From: Convolutriloba macropyga
Taxonomy: Eukaryota
Reading direction: 5' to 3'
Length of the DNA stretch: 64,000 nucleotides
Assembly: GCF_964194025.1 (NCBI RefSeq)
Contig: NC_134473.1
Span: 18,104,001 to 18,168,000 of the forward strand
In this document: positions 50,751 through 64,000 of the stretch, piece by piece
How positions within the stretch are numbered: the stretch's first letter is position 1
Layout: each line of letters starts with the position of its first letter
Position numbers and translations under genes: made by a program
The notes under the pieces: generated by a model
What the model saw: only the letters and a program-made list of their open reading frames with translations
The model's database searches: none
Told to the model about the DNA's origin: nothing

Positions 50751-53304
50751 AAGAGACAACATCCAAAAAACAGTTATCAATGCACACTGGACCGTCTGTC
50801 CTGCTAATGTTCTTTACCAGTTCCTATATCGTAGAAAAGCCAGAACAACCATCATCCAATGACTTAATGCCAGCCGCCTGCGTAAATAGGTCGGGGCAAA
50901 AGTCGAACAAACAATGTCCTAACCGAAAAGCAAAGCCAGCCGCTCACCTAGTAAATTCGGGGTTTACCTGTCAAAGACAAGGAAAACAACAGCAATTTAC
51001 ACAGCATTTATCTACTAAAAAATCTTAATCGATTAACATCTTTTTAAACCTAGAAAATGATCTCATGTTTTCACATTCATTCCACTGATATCTTTATCAA
51101 GGTTAGGTTACGATTACACAACTATCGACATAATACAGTGCTATGCTCGGTTTGGTTCAGTGGTTTTAAGGTTTAGGTTAGCATAGCACTTTTAACTGCT
51201 ACTTATTATTCCTTCTGTATTTTACTTCATTCATCAAAACGCTTCCTTCCCTCAATTTATTTCAACGCGTCTTAACGCTTGCCTTCATGAACAAAATTAC
51301 ACTTTTTACGGCTAGCGCAGCCCTCTAGCTCTCTGATCAAACGAGGCTCAGCAATTCAATCCCTCACGAGAGCGCAGCCCAATTTTTGTTTACTTTTTTT
51401 TTATACAAACAAAAATTATCTGCTTTTCCCATTCACAATATTTAATACTTCTTGAATAATTTTTCTCAATAAACGACTTTTTTTACTTTGAATAAAAAAT
51501 TATTGATATCTTACCATGCATAGAAATACTACGAAGTAATCAACTTCTACAAGGCTAGCCAAGAACACCAAAAAAAGAGTAAATGCAAGCAGAGCCAGCA
51601 GAAGCCCTTCCCGGCGATTGAAATGGCTCCCAGCAACAAGAGCTCTCATTTGGTTATAAAGGAAAAAACTCATTTTTCAAAAATTTTGAACTTTCTATTT
51701 TTACTTATTGATGCCTTTTGAATTGATTGAACTTGATTGTACATACATTAATAATACTGAATACAGCCCCACAAACATTATAAACAAGCTACGTAGACAA
51801 GTTGAAGCCATGATCCAGAGACGCCGCGACTGAGTTACAACAAAAGACAAAGAGCTTTTATTTCGATCCAATCATCCAAAAATTCTCCCGAAAAAAGGGT
51901 TCGTAAGATTTCAAAACGCATTGCATCAATTCATTAGTTTTTTTTCTATGAATCAAGTTGATCAAGAGCTCTTGAAAAGAATGCAATTTGTAAAAAAAAT
52001 TGACCTCCATTGTCTGGAAAAAGCTCTAAAGGTGTCAGGCTGCTTAAAGCTGCAACTCTTTGTGGGACAAACCGAATTGAAAAATCCTTTCACTCTTTCA
52101 AACTTTGTTTACAAGTTACAGGAACTGAAACTGAACCTTGCACCCGACAGAAAAATAGCTTTCAATAAACTGAACAGAGGTAGCATATTGTCTGTCAATT
52201 AAATTCTCAGGAAGAAGATAAAAACGCAATCCACTCAGAATGTCCATGCATAAAACCACTTTATCGACTCTTGATAATACTTCTTGGCCACAAAACTACA
52301 CAAAAAAATGGAGTACCGACATTTATTTTCATTGGACCTATAGAGTTCGGAATACCACAAACTTAAACTAAAATGATCTTTGACTCATCGAAAACGAAGT
52401 CCAGGCCTTTGATTTCATCTGAGCCAAATCTACACTATAACGGAATTACTGTTGCGGCTGCTCAAGAATCTCACCGGAACCCAATCTTCCAGCCCTGGTT
52501 CTCGAGTTTTACGCTGGCCTAGTTCTCCACTTGGTTCCAATTGAATAACAATCTCATCAAAACTATGAGTTGTTCGGTTGTACCGAAAGACTGAAAAATT
52601 CAGATTTGAGTGAAGTTTAGAACATCAATTGAAATAAACTATATACAATCTTATGCTGAAAAATGTAAGGCTACAGCCAAATGCAAGCAAGGATGCTAAC
52701 TTCCTGTCAAGAAAGGTCAACTAGTCTAAAATTCGAAAGATCTTAAATCAAGCAAAAACTTAGCATAGAAAGACTAAAGCTGATGAAGAATCAAACTATA
52801 GTCTCTTCTGAGAGCCAACTTCTCTTGGTAACAGATTCTAATGGCTTTAATTACAGTAAGATTTCACTGATCAAACCAATTAATTAAGGTAAAAAATTAG
52901 GTAACTAGCATCTATAACTTTATTGTAACTCTTTTCTGATTGGTTAATCAAATAAGTGATTTACGCCATTATTTGCATATTAAATGTCAAAACACTGCAA
53001 TTTTAGCTTTTGTTGACACAAGCAATGCTGATACTTACGAAACTCTAAAATCCTCAAATTTATGACATGTGATTGTTATTAAACACCTAAAGTATCATAA
53101 TATTAACAATTCGAAAAAAATATCTATAAAACAAAAATTCAAAGAGTGCACTTTTTGCACCATTAAGTGCTTATAGCCATCCTTTTGGATCTGATGCTAA
53201 AATGATCGTTGGGTTCACGAATAGCTTGGAAGTTGCCCTAACCGTACGCTATAACTTTGGTTTACTCAGGGTTTTCCTTCCCAAAAGGGGGGGTACAAAG
53301 TTTC

Positions 53305-54650
53305 TGTCAACCTTGTAAAATTGTTCGATTGTGACCTTTTTTTGAGTTTTGAAAAATATTCAAGTTTTTTGTTTTGACTTCATTTTCATCGGCTTGATTG
53401 CACATGCTACTGATCGATAGTAGCACCAATGTCGCCGGCCTGTTTTTAATCTCGGAAACATCATAATAGAATAATGTTGCCAACTTCACTGCCGGTCTGT
53501 TGAAATCGCCATTTGCCATTTTGCCTGATCGTACGATGTCATCGCCGTTTTTTCTTTGCTAAGTCAGTTTTAATCTTTGTTTTGTCCTACTCGTGAAGGT
53601 ACCCCTTCAGTTCTTTGGCTGCTCTAACGAATTTTGCGCTGTTGTCGCTGACTATGGTAATTGGGTAGCCACGTCTAGCAATCAATCTGGTAACTGCAGC
53701 TAGACATGACTTGGTGTACAATAACTGTGCAACTTAGATGCGTCCTGCTGTTGTTGTTAGACAATTTAAAAGGCAACACCATCTCATCAAGAGGTGTTTC
53801 GTAGGATCTTCACTTTGATGGGTCCAAAGTAGTCGACCCCAGTATGAATGAATGGGAAAAGTTGTTCATCAAGTCATTCTAGGGGTAGGTCTTCATAGGT
53901 GGATAAATGGGGTTGGCGGCTCAATGTGGACTTTTGACAAGTCTTGAGTTGATTTTCCTTCAAACATTTTTTGTTACAACTTGATGCTTCGCTGTTAAAA
54001 ATAATAGGTGTTTGGCATTGTAATCAAAGTTCGAAAGCTTCAGTCCAGTTTTCACACAAATTGTTCTGTCTTCCTCTGTGAAGGTTAAATTTGGCAGCGC
54101 TCCATGTTTTCGAGAGTTCATTGCTGCTTTTTATCGACTTTGAAACGTTCGGAAAGTTTCCATTTGAACAATTCGAAACAATGTTTGCTCTGCTTGGTGG
54201 ATCTCGTCTGCTTTGAAAGGTCACTTCTGCTTTGTCTTGAACCTCATGCGGTGGGCGATGTAGCTTCTGATTCCATTGAAGCTGCTGGAGCGGTTCCAGT
54301 CGTATCTTAACATAGTTTTTGTTTTTGTTGCTACAGCACTGATAGCTTGCTCTGGTTCGACGCGTGCTCCTAACGCCACGGCTTCGAACAACTCTCCTGA
54401 TGCTTCTGGAGCCATGCAGCCCAATTCCTTCAATTCATAAATGGACATTTCCAATGTGCTAAATTCCATAGGGTATTGATGCCTTTAACATTTCTCCATT
54501 GATACATTGAAGAGCTTTCCAGAATTTCTGCTTTTTTGTTGGTAACAAATGTATGTTGTTGCTTTTGTGCCCATTTAAGCCTTTTGCATCACTGTAGATG
54601 AAGTATTCAAAAAAGAGCCCTCCAATGTAGTGTATTATCGTCAATGCATT
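53305..54650 (-). mobile_element. Internally deleted BEL/Pao LTR retrotransposon relic (pol RNase H, integrase and 3' end)
   Basis: FVTNKKAEILESSSMYQWRNVKG, DWNRSSSFNGIRSYIA, EIHQAEQTLFRIVQ, PFIHTGVDYFGPIKVK, and C-terminal NGDFNRPAVKLATL are typical BEL/Pao motifs. Confidence 0.85.
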
Positions 54651-54689
54651 CTAACATCAAGATGAGCAAGCCGACTTCACCCCTGAAAG

Positions 54690-57600
54690 ATAATAACATC
54701 AAGTCTTATCCTGATGATTTATTGTTAGCAACAGTTCGCCTACAAAATTAGGTGACATAATAACTCCATACCTAATTATTTCAAAGTACTGGCTAAAAAC
54801 AAACACTTAAATTTTCAGCTGAGATATACAGTGTCAATATGTTCACAATTAAGAGTAGGAAACCCAAGTTGGAGCCACACGTCACAATCAACAATTCGCC
54901 ATCACTAAAATCCAGAGTCTATGAACTCGTCCTCATCTTTGATAGTTTTTTGCTTTATGGAGAATGCAGTGAGCACCAAAAAGTATTCTAAAAACGCAAT
55001 AAAACACTGAAAAAAATGATCGAAGCAACAAGGGTGCACAAAAAAAATTGCTCTTTGAAAAACTATCGGTCGGAGCGGAGCTTTCTAAGCTACGGTGCTT
55101 CCTGTAGGGCTTCCTAACCAGTAAATAGAACTGGATGAAACCAATCATCAAACAAACACTGCTTTTCAATTATTTACTGTCTGTGTAAAAATGTCTGACA
55201 AAAACGACTTATACAATGAGTGGGAAATGCTGCCTGTTGGCGCTTGCACGCAAATACTAGCGCAACATTTTTATCGTCAGCAGTTATAAAAACCAACGTG
55301 TTTATCAGAAAATAACAATTTAACAAGATTTCGTACCATTAGGCCGACAATAAATAATACTTACCTGAACTATGTGATACAACACATCAACAATGTAGTG
55401 CAAGTGAATCGCCATGACTACAGAACTGAAAAATTTGCACAGTTCAAGCATATAAAATGTGTATGGTTCGCCCCTGGAAGGAACACTAAACCCTCTTCAT
55501 GAAACATCACATCAGTTCCATTGAATTGAGGGAAAAAACAATGCTTTTTCAAAAATTATATCAATATGCTGAGCATACGAGCCGCGTGGGAAAGTTGGAA
55601 AGTACTACATAATTAGGAGTCTAGTTTTCCACTCCGAGCAACACTAAAATAGTTATTGAACTCAGTTACACGTTTAGTACCAAGGCAGCCTCTGAGATAG
55701 ATAATTGCGCTGCGTAGAGGTGCCAGACTTATGTTCGTTTAAATGTATGTTGTCGCGTCCAAGTTTTATTTTAAGTTTTTTTTTTTAGAAATTTTGCATT
55801 TGTAGTTCTTTTATAGTGTGCGTTACAGAGGAACTGCAATTCCCATGCATGAAAAAACAAGCAGAACATAACTACGTTTTTCAATTTTTAGAAATTATTG
55901 TTCATTTTTAGAAAGCTTTTTGCTGCGTGGGATTTTTAGGCGTCCCTGGCTTCTTCTGTGCTTGACTTGGCGAGCGGATTAATAATTTTCACATAGAAAA
56001 AAGTTCTGTTGATTCTGGATACATTCAGGCCGTTTGCTGTGACAAGAAGTTGTGCGTTGTCATCAGTGCTAATAAATTTGTTGTAAAGTTTTTGCCTTCT
56101 AGCAACTGAAGTGATGACTCAGCACCGACGCCATAGCATACCATATGTATTTTTTTAGCAAAAGTGTACGTTCTATTGATGTACCGCATGTCGATATAAA
56201 TCCCTTTGCACAGTAGAGAGCAAGCATTAGTGTAAATTTTTCTACTGAAGGACAGTTGAAGAGGGTATTCTTGCTTCAAAAATTTACTGAATGCAAATGC
56301 GCCGCGCAGTTTTGAATTTGACAACATAAAAAACGGTTTTGTTGGCAAGGCCGTTATCCAGTTCCAGGCTCCTTTTTCTGATGCCAGGCCAAGAGGACGA
56401 TATAGTTTTTACGACGTAGTTGATAAAACCAGTTGATAAAAAGACCAATAAGGCGTCCTCTAAATCAGTGTATCATTGTGTATGCTCTTCAACATTAAAT
56501 GAGCATGCTGCCTTTATCCCTGAAAAGTATTAACATCAAGTCTTATCCTGAAGATATAGTTTCAACGACATACCGCCCACAGATTGCAAAATTACATGAC
56601 AATAATTCCATACCTAGTTGATATAAACAACTGGCTAGAGGCAAAACACTTAAACTATCATTTGTGATATGCATTGTTAATGTCTTCCCGAATGGCAGCG
56701 GGGAAAACAATTAGAGTCAAAGGTTGCAATCAACAATTAACCAACACGAGTTGAGTCCAATGTCTACTTACTTGGCCACACTTTTGATAGTATGCTCATT
56801 TTAGAAGGTTACATAGAGCACCAATGGATACTCTAAAAGCTCAATAAAAAACTGAAAAGTATTGCTCGAAGCAACAGGGTTGCACAAAAGAAGAATTCTA
56901 AAAGTTTTAAAAACTATCGGTGGTGTCGGACCTAAAAACAAAAAACACTGCTCTTCGATTAATTACTGTCTGTGTAAAAATGTCTGACATAAATGATTTA
57001 CACGATGAATTTGAAATCTTGCGTGTTAAAGCTTGCACAATTACACTAGCAAAGCATTTTTCACACCACGACACCGCTACTAAATAATGCATACCCAGAA
57101 TGTGTGAAGCATCAAATCAGCAAAAAATTGCAAATGAATAGCCATGATAACAGAATTGAAAGATGTGCTGAATTCGAGCTTATAAAAGGAAGTATGAATC
57201 AGCCACTGGACAGAAGACTGAGACCCCACAATGAAATATCACAGCAAATTATTGTAACTGACGACATAATTACAATGTTTTTTAAACAAAAATTAATACG
57301 TTAAAACATAGGAGCCTTGTGGGAAAATTCAAACAGTACTACACTAATTAGTGGTCTACTTTTTTCTTCCATGCTACATTAAAAAAGTTGAATACCTCAA
57401 TTACATGTTTAGTACTAGAGCAGCCACTGAGAAAAAACAATTGTGCTGCAAAGGAGTGCGATATTTATCTTCCTTCGTATGCATGTTATGGCGTCCGAGT
57501 TCCTTTCATCTTTGTTTAGGATTTTTTGTTGCCATTTGTTATATATTGCGTGTTGTCTGCACCTCCCATGCATGAAAAAAGAGCGGAACAAAACTGCTTT

Positions 57601-60600
57601 TTTCAATTTCCAGAATTGATTGTTCATTTTCAGAATGTTTTTTTTAGCTTCTTAGATATTTAGCGTCCTTGTTTTTTGGGACATGACTTGGTCAACGGAT
57701 TAACAGTTTTTACGTTTAAAAAACTCTGTTGATTTTGGATAACTACAAGTTATTTGCTTTAACATCAAGTCATGCGCTGTCATCTGTGCTAGAAAAATTG
57801 TTGTAAAGTTTTCGTTTTGTAGAAACTGAAGTGGTGCCTCAAAACCAACGTCATAGCATACCTAAAGAATTATAATAGCAAAAGTGTATATTATTTTGTT
57901 GTACCGCATGTGATTATAACCCCACTTTTCACAGTAGAGAGCATTTCTTAGTGCAAATTTTTTTCCGCAGGGAAAGGCAATGTGAATTTTTTTGCTTCAA
58001 GACTTTACTGAATGAAAAAACTGTCAATCAATTCTGATTTTAACAACATAAAAAAGTTCAATTGGCAAGGCCGTGAGCGAATAAAAGGCTCCTTTCTCCA
58101 ATTCCAGGCCAACAAATTGCTGTAGTTCTTAGGATGTACTTTCCAAAAAGTGTTGATAGAAAGTCTAACAAGGTGTGCACCAAGGTACTGTAAAATTGCC
58201 AATGCTCTTTGTTATGTAGATGAGCATGCAGCCCTTGCCCCAAAAAAGAATTAACATCAAGTCTTATTCTGATGAATTAATTTTAACAGCATCTCAAAAA
58301 CAGCAAAACTACATGATATTTCCATACCTAAATAATTTAAACGACTGGTTAGGATCAAAACCCTTAAAATATTAGCTGAGAAGTTCAGTGTCAAGGTGTT
58401 CACAACAATGGGCAGGATACCCCAGTTTGAGCCATGCCACACTATCAACAATTCATCGATATCAGTAAATTTTAAAGTCAGCGTACTTGGCCTCATCTTT
58501 GATAGTATGCTCATTTTTGGAGTAAATGCAAGGAGCACCGAAAGGTACTGCAAAGTTCAATAAACATACTGACCGAAATTGCTTGAAGCAACAGGGGCTG
58601 CACAAAGGAAAATCTCCAAAGGCTCAAAAAAACTATCGGTCGTGTCGGAACATCTAGAGCTACGGTGCTCCTTTTTGGGCTTCCCAACCGGTAGTAAGAA
58701 CTGCATGGAACCTGCAAAAAAAACATTGCTCTTCGCTCATTTACTGTGTGCGTAAAATGTGTGAAATGAATATTGTCCGCAATGAGGGCGAAAGGCTGCC
58801 TTTTGAAGCTTGCACTGATACACTAGCGCTGCATTTTCTCATCGGCATTTATAGACACCACCGTTCTGATGAAAAAACTATCCCGAAAACAGGTTCTCGA
58901 ACCATGATAACGACATTAAATAATACTTACCGGGACAGTGTGAAACATTACATCATTATTGAAGCGCATGTGAATTGCCAAAATTACCGAATTGAAGAAT
59001 GTGCACAAATCAAACATATAAAAGGAGGATTGATTCATCCACTGCCCGGAACAGTGACCACCCACCATGCAACATCACAGTAGTTCATTTGAAATAACGG
59101 CAGCAAAACAAAGTTTTTCTGAAAAATCATCAATATGCTAGGTCATAGAAGCCACGTCGGAGAAGTTAAACAGTAATACACTATTGAGGAAACTTGTTTT
59201 CTCTATAGGTTACGTGTTTAGAACTAGAGCTGCCTCTGAGAAAAAACAATTGTGCTGCAAAGGAGTGCGATATTTATCTTCCTTCGTATGCATGTTATGG
59301 CGTCCGAGTTCCTTTCATCTTTGTTTAGGATTTTTTGTTGCCAGTTGTTATATATTGCGTGTTGTCTGCAACTCCCATGCATGAAAAAAGAGCGGAACAA
59401 AACTGCTTTTTTCAATTTCCAGAATTGATTGTTCATTTTCAGAATGTTTTTTTGGCTTCTTAGATATTTAGCGTCCTTGTTTTTTGGGACATGACTTGGT
59501 CAACGGATTAACAGTTTTTACGTTTAAAAAACTCTGTTGATTTTGGATAACTACAAGTCATTTGCTTTAACATCAAGTCATGCGCTGTCATCTGTGCTAG
59601 AAAAATTGTTGTAAAGTTTTCGTTTTGTAGAAACTGAAGTGGTGCCTCAAAACCAACGTCATAGCATACCTAAAGATTTATAATAGCAAAAGTGTATATT
59701 TTTTTGTTGTACCGCATGTGATTATAACCCCCCTTTTCACAGTAGAGAGCATTTCTTAGTGCAAATTTTTTTCCGCAGGGAAAGGCAATGTGAATTTTTT
59801 TGCTTCAAGACTTTACTGAATGAAAAAACTGTCAATCAATTCTGATTTTAACAACATAAAAAAGTTCAATTGGCAAGGCCGTGAGCGAATAAAAGGCTCC
59901 TTTCTCCAATTCCAGGCCAACAAATTGCTGTAGTTCTTAGGATGTACTTTCCAAAAAGTGTTGATAGAAAGTCTAACAAGGTGTGCACCAAGGTACTGTA
60001 AAATTGCCAATGCTCTTTGTTATGTAGATGAGCATGCAGCCCTTGCCCCAAAAAAGAATTAACATCAAGTCTTATTCTGATGAATTAATTTTAACAGCAT
60101 CTCAAAAACAGCAAAACTACATGATATTTCCATACCTAAATAATTTAAACGACTGGTTAGGATCAAAACCCTTAAAATATTAGCTGAGAAGTTCAGTGTC
60201 AAGGTGTTCACAACAATGGGCAGGATACCCCAGTTTGAGCCATGCCACACTATCAACAATTCATCGATATCAGTAAATTTTAAAGTCAGCGTACTTGGCC
60301 TCATCTTTGATAGTATGCTCATTTTTGGAGTAAATGCAAGGAGCACCGAAAGGTACTGCAAAGTTCAATAAACATACTGACCGAAATTGCTTGAAGCAAC
60401 AGGGGCTGCACAAAGGAAAATCTCCAAAGGCTCAAAAAAACTATCGGTCGTGTCGGAACATCTAGAGCTACGGTGCTCCTTTTTGGGCTTCCCAACCGGT
60501 AGTAAGAACTGCATGGAACCTGCAAAAAAAAACATTGCTCTTCGCTCATTTACTGTGTGCGTAAAATGTGTGAAATGAATATTGTCCGCAATGAGGGCCA

Positions 60601-61620
60601 AAGGCTGCCTTTTGAAGCTTGCACTGATACACTAGCGCTGCATTTTCTCATCGGCATTTATAGACACCACCGTTCTGATGAAAAAACTATCCCGAAAACA
60701 GGTTCTCGAACCATGATAACGACATTAAATAATACTTACCGGGACAGTGTGAAACATTACATCATTAATGAAGCGCATGTGAATTGCCAAAATTACCGAA
60801 TTGAAGAATGTGCACAAATCAAACATATAAAAGGAGGATTGATTCATCCACTGCCCGGAACGGTGACCACCCACCATGCAACATCACAGTAGTTCATTTG
60901 AAATAACGGCAGCAAAACAAAGTTTTTCTGAAAAATCATCAATATGCTAGGTCATAGAAGCCACGTCGGAGAAGTTAAACAGTAATACACTATTTAGGAA
61001 ACTAGTTTTCTCTATAGGTTACATGTTTAGTACTAGAGCTGCCTCTGAGAAAAAATAATAGCGCTGCAAAGGAGTGCGAGACTTATCTTCTTTCGTATGT
61101 ATGTTTTTGCGTCCAAGTAACTTTCATGTTTTTTAAGGTTTTTTGTCACCAGTTGCTATATTGTGCGTGTTGCCTGCACCTCCCATGCATGAAAAAAGAG
61201 CGGAACAAAACTACTTTTTTTCAATTTCTAGAATTTATTGTTCATTTTTTAGTTTATTTTTTTTCGGTTCGCGGTTTTTTAGGCGTCCTTGGTTTTTTTG
61301 GACAAAACTTGGTTAACGGATTGAAATTTTTCACATCAAATAAACTTCAGTTGATTCTGGATCCCTACAAGCGGCTTGCCTTGACAATAAGTTGAGCGCT
61401 CTCATCAGTGCTAGAAAAATTGGGATCTTTTCAGATTGTGCCCCCCAGTACATTTTGCACCCCCAATAATATGCACCCACTAAGCTAGAGGAAGGAAACG
61501 TAAAAGATCCAAAATTTGTAAAAAGTTTCGCCTTTTAGCAACTGAAGTGACGACTCAAGACCGAGTACAATTTTAGCAAAAGCGTCAATTTTTTTGTACT
61601 GCATGTGGATCTTGCCCCTT
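54690..61620. repeat. ~1.8-kb tandem macrosatellite (~3.8 units)
   Basis: Anchor aacatcaagtcttat at 54695, 56532, 58253 and 60061. ~57400-59200 and ~59210-61020 are near-identical (ORFs offset by 1808-1809); outer units are diverged. Confidence 0.88.
61423..61510. mobile_element. 88-bp TIR element, same family as 12168-12330
   Basis: GGATCTTTT...AAAAGATCC termini. Flanks AAAAATTG and AAAATTTG. Sister macrosatellite units show the empty site gctagaaaaattg|ttgtaaag. Confidence 0.8.
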
Positions 61621-61734
61621 ATTATTTTCGTAACTCAACCGCAATATTGAATTTAAATCTTGTTTGATTCCGTGTGCGTTTCCAAGATTTTCATTATATG
61701 CTTACAACAAGATTTTCAATACATCAAGGAACAC

Positions 61735-62150
61735 TTCCAGCAAAGATATCAGAGGAAGAACAACGGCTGCCACGAATTGCGAGTATCCGATTGCCCCAAC
61801 TGCGAACTGGATACGGCCCAGTGCTTAACTCCTACTTGATAGGGATCTGTAGCAATGTTTATAACGGCTGTCCCAACTGTGAAGTAGCACGCATGACAAA
61901 GCACATTTTCAACTGTAGTAAAAACACCTCGGACCTAAAAGTGACTCACTTGTGTGAAAGAGGTGGCTAACTGGCTGGACCTTATTACCATCAGTCCAAC
62001 ACGACCACACTGCACAGAAATATCCGACTTCTGGTCCCTTTACTCCGATTCCGCCTCCTGGTCCCCCTGGTACCCCATTTCACCAACCATTGCGTATATG
62101 CAGAAAGGTCGCCGCGCCACACACGTTGTGGATAGGTACTCACACAACTA
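61735..62150 (+). mobile_element. 3' end of an I-group non-LTR retrotransposon (5'-truncated)
   Basis: ISEEEQRLPR...LPQLRTGYGPVLNSYL...CPNC....TKHIFNC...VANWLDL is the C-terminal CCHC knuckle region of I-group ORF2, followed by a 3' UTR-like stretch. Confidence 0.7.
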
Positions 62151-63475
62151 TTAATAAATTATTTTACCATACACATGCAACTAAGAAGCGAGTTAAAAAC
62201 AGCAATAAGCGCCGATGTCCCGCCGAAATTACCCTTGAATTGCAGCTCTCTGTGAATGCTACAACAACATCAACCTCGGACAAGCCTATATTCATCCTGT
62301 GTTGGGAGGGGTTGTTTTTATTTTACTTTCTCTAGCCTCACCCCATCCTAACAACCATCATTTATTAATCTGAAATAGAGCTGCAATAGTCCTGATTTAA
62401 AGCTCTATATTAGCGTTCAGTGAAAATGAGGCTCCAGACACCTTCCTTGAAAATAGACAGTTTGTGCATTTCAAACTGTTTAGAAGCGATGACGCTTTAT
62501 TGCATTTTCTTAATTACATTTAAGACAGCTTGTTCACAAGTCTAGACCAGAGCGTTTTGTCATGAGAAGAAAATAAGCATTGGTATCAATTTTTTCTTTT
62601 TGTCTATATATTCTTTTCCTCGGCTTTTATCCAGCAATTTTCCGTTGATACGTCGTTTTATGTAGATAATGATTGCAATAGCTGTAGGCATGCATTATTT
62701 TAGAGCTTAGTGACTTTGGAAATTCTCGACAGTTTAGACTAATGGACATCGGACACGTCGAAAATTTGATGCTAAGATGATATTCTCCGCACATTGTTCT
62801 AGTTCTCTTGGTCAAAAATTAGAAGTTCACCAAATTGGCTAATTTTTAAAATTTGTGACAAAAATGTCCTATTATTATTTTTGGCGTTGTGGAAATGACA
62901 CTGGGGTATAAGCCCCTGATTTAGGTTCTTACTTTAGCACGACAGTTTTAGCAAACACAAATGAAAATGCTTGTACGGTGTCGTTCAAATTCGCTGGAGA
63001 AATCCACTTGTCGTTGTATGACTTTCATTGGCAAATCTATTCGATAACAAAAAGTTTGCCTCTGTACTATCTCATAAGAGAAATATCATGATGTCATTTC
63101 AATTTTAGATAGATAGTTTTAATTGTCTTAAAAAGACTGGAATATGTAAATTGCGCAACCATTTGTAAATTTTTAAATGTTTTTTAATGTCTCAAATTCC
63201 TGGAGGCCTAAGCTATTGATTGTGTTATCTTTTTCGGAAGTTGACCGAATAGTGATTAAAATATAAGCTACTGATCATTTTTAGGGAGAGGTTATGGCAG
63301 AAAAGGAATATTAGCAATAAAAACTGTTTTTGAAAAACACAACGTACAATTTCTTGAAATTAGTTGAAGTTTAAATCATTTTTGTTCTCTCTGCTTGCAC
63401 AGTACAAAGCTGCTTACTGAGACATTATTGTAATAAGCCAAACTTCTAAGTTGTTTCCCCTTACAATCAAACCAA

Positions 63476-64000
63476 AGCGCAACCGGATCGGTCGAAGCGC
63501 TGAAAGTCCTTCTATCGAAGTTGAAACTGCATGGTCCTTCATTCGGTTATAATGTTATCAAATGCCATCTTATCACCAAAGCAGAGTTCGTCAATGACGC
63601 AAAAAACGTGTTTAAAGGTGAAGAAGTAGATATTATTGATGGATCAAGAGTCCTTGGATCTGTTATCGGAAACGCGGACTCCTGCAGACAATACATAGAA
63701 GATCAAAAGCAAAACTATCTACGTATATTGCAAAAATTAGCCAAACACGCAAAAATTGCACCTCAAAATGTGTACAAATGCTTGACGAACTCTGTGCAGC
63801 ATAAATTAACCTTCTTATCGAGGACAACGCCAGACACGTTCGACTTGTTGGAAGAAGCCGAGATAGTTATCAATGATCACCTAATCCCTAACCTTGTATG
63901 TAACACAAATTATGACGAGACCTATCGCGACATATTTTCACTCCCCGTACGCGAAGGTGGACTCAACATCATTCGCCCTGAAGATAGAACTCTCGAATAC
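63476..64000 (+). mobile_element. CRE-clade non-LTR retrotransposon RT C-terminal region, 5'-truncated, open to window end
   Basis: Stop-free frame SATGSVEAL...HGPSFGYNVIKCHLITK...DGSRVLGSVIG...PQNVYKCLT..VQHKLTFLSRTTP...FSLPVREGGLNI matches CRE-type RT/thumb motifs. Confidence 0.8.

Noticed and set aside
51500-52600. Possible LINE ORF1 or endonuclease relic (ITVAAAQESH near 52445)
   Set aside because: A single short motif amid many stops is not enough to call a feature.
57351-60892. Duplicated ORFs in the 1.8-kb macrosatellite
   Set aside because: They are open only in the two near-identical units, disrupted in diverged units, and show no domain motifs.

Overview
AT-rich, repeat-dense eukaryotic DNA, most likely an invertebrate animal: it has GT-AG introns, a nuclear-receptor exon, and LINE and BEL relics. 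It is not prokaryotic and contains no CRISPR. The left 13 kb holds host-type coding pieces on the minus strand: a nuclear-receptor ligand-binding-domain exon, two upstream Ser/Asp-rich exons, and an intronless CHFR-like RING ORF. The main feature is a ~21.1-kb CMC/EnSpm (CACTA-type) DNA transposon at 18854-39993, with CCCGGGCCGA terminal inverted repeats (TIRs) and TT flanks. Its cargo is all on the + strand: an SGNH/GDSL hydrolase, two paralogous intron-containing BEN-like genes, a Suv4-20/Set9-like (H4K20) SET domain that reconstructs as an N-terminal fusion to the EnSpm transposase, and a small coiled-coil ORF. Three unrelated satellites with ~170-185-bp periods lie among and around these genes. 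This copy is decayed (stops, frameshifts, first catalytic Asp changed to Asn, internal 1910-bp tandem duplication). Its right end has been duplicated in inverted orientation and amplified as a 1.4-1.56-kb tandem array. A 2.2-kb non-autonomous element with the same termini, carrying a tRNA-like Pol III cassette, lies upstream. The right part holds LINE, BEL/Pao and CRE fragments, a ~1.8-kb macrosatellite and a small TIR element. All family calls come from manual motif recognition; no database search was run.
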